This document shows, piece after piece, positions 63,665-64,000 of a DNA stretch of 64,000 bases. The stretch's first letter is position 1. Each line of letters starts with the position of its first letter. The translations under genes were made by a program, and so were the position numbers. The notes below the pieces were generated by a model. The model did not search any database. It was not told the DNA's origin and was given only the letters and a program-made list of their open reading frames with translations. The stretch comes from Octopus sinensis (taxonomy: Eukaryota): positions 25,978,001 to 26,042,000 of the forward strand of contig NC_043006.1 in the NCBI RefSeq assembly GCF_006345805.1, in the 5' to 3' direction.

Positions 63665-64000
63665 TACACACAGCCTTGTTTCTGTAATTTATTCAAACAA
63701 AAACTGAGTAATTGCCTCATTTCTGACATTGTCTCTTTGCTTTTCAATGCACTTCTTCCAGTGGTCCACAAGCTTACTTATTCCACCGAAGAAGGTTTTT
63801 GGCTGGCCACACAGCCATTTATGCACTTCTTCATCTATAACAAATTGACAACCTCGCAAAAGAGGTTTGAGCAGATCAAAGAGGTGATAGTCACAAGGGA
63901 TGAGATATGGACTGCATGCAGGGCACAGGGTGCATTATTGTGCAACATTTGCTTTGACAATAGACCTTGGCATTTGGTGTGAATTGCTGGTTTCAGTTTG
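63665..64000 (-). mobile_element. Mariner transposase 3' fragment running off the window
   Basis: CSPYLIPCDYHLFDLLK...EEVHKWLCGQPKTFF..ISKLVDHWKKCIEKQ. Confidence 0.72.

Overview
Eukaryotic, AT-rich, repeat-saturated DNA with no recognisable intact host gene. The SINE families, the (TA)n/(CA)n/(ATT)n load and the LINE complement point to an octopod cephalopod (inference, no search run). The window is a nested transposon graveyard. It holds R4/Dong, Tx1-L1, RTE and CR1 LINE pieces; an RT-less Gypsy with both LTRs and a 5-bp TSD inserted into a Tc3-like element; mariner and hAT remnants; three tRNA-derived SINE families; and several MITEs, including one family with GGG termini and perfect 6-bp TSDs. 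The most interesting layer is RNA structure, not protein. Three short units carry well-formed type I hammerhead ribozyme folds (10583-10625 +, 42871-42934 -, 57551-57596 -), two more have an extended stem II (5401-5516 -, 50335-50452 +), and several decayed ones are visible. Most sit in or beside (TA)n tracts, often within or between inverted repeats. They co-occur with Penelope-like RT and GIY-YIG fragments (61.0-62.3 kb) and a ~580-bp spacerless palindrome (55635-56212). Hammerheads in Penelope-like elements are known in general; whether these particular families and fold-back units are described needs a database search. Most ORF-track entries are microsatellite translations or antisense TE frames. 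Boundaries of decayed elements are approximate.
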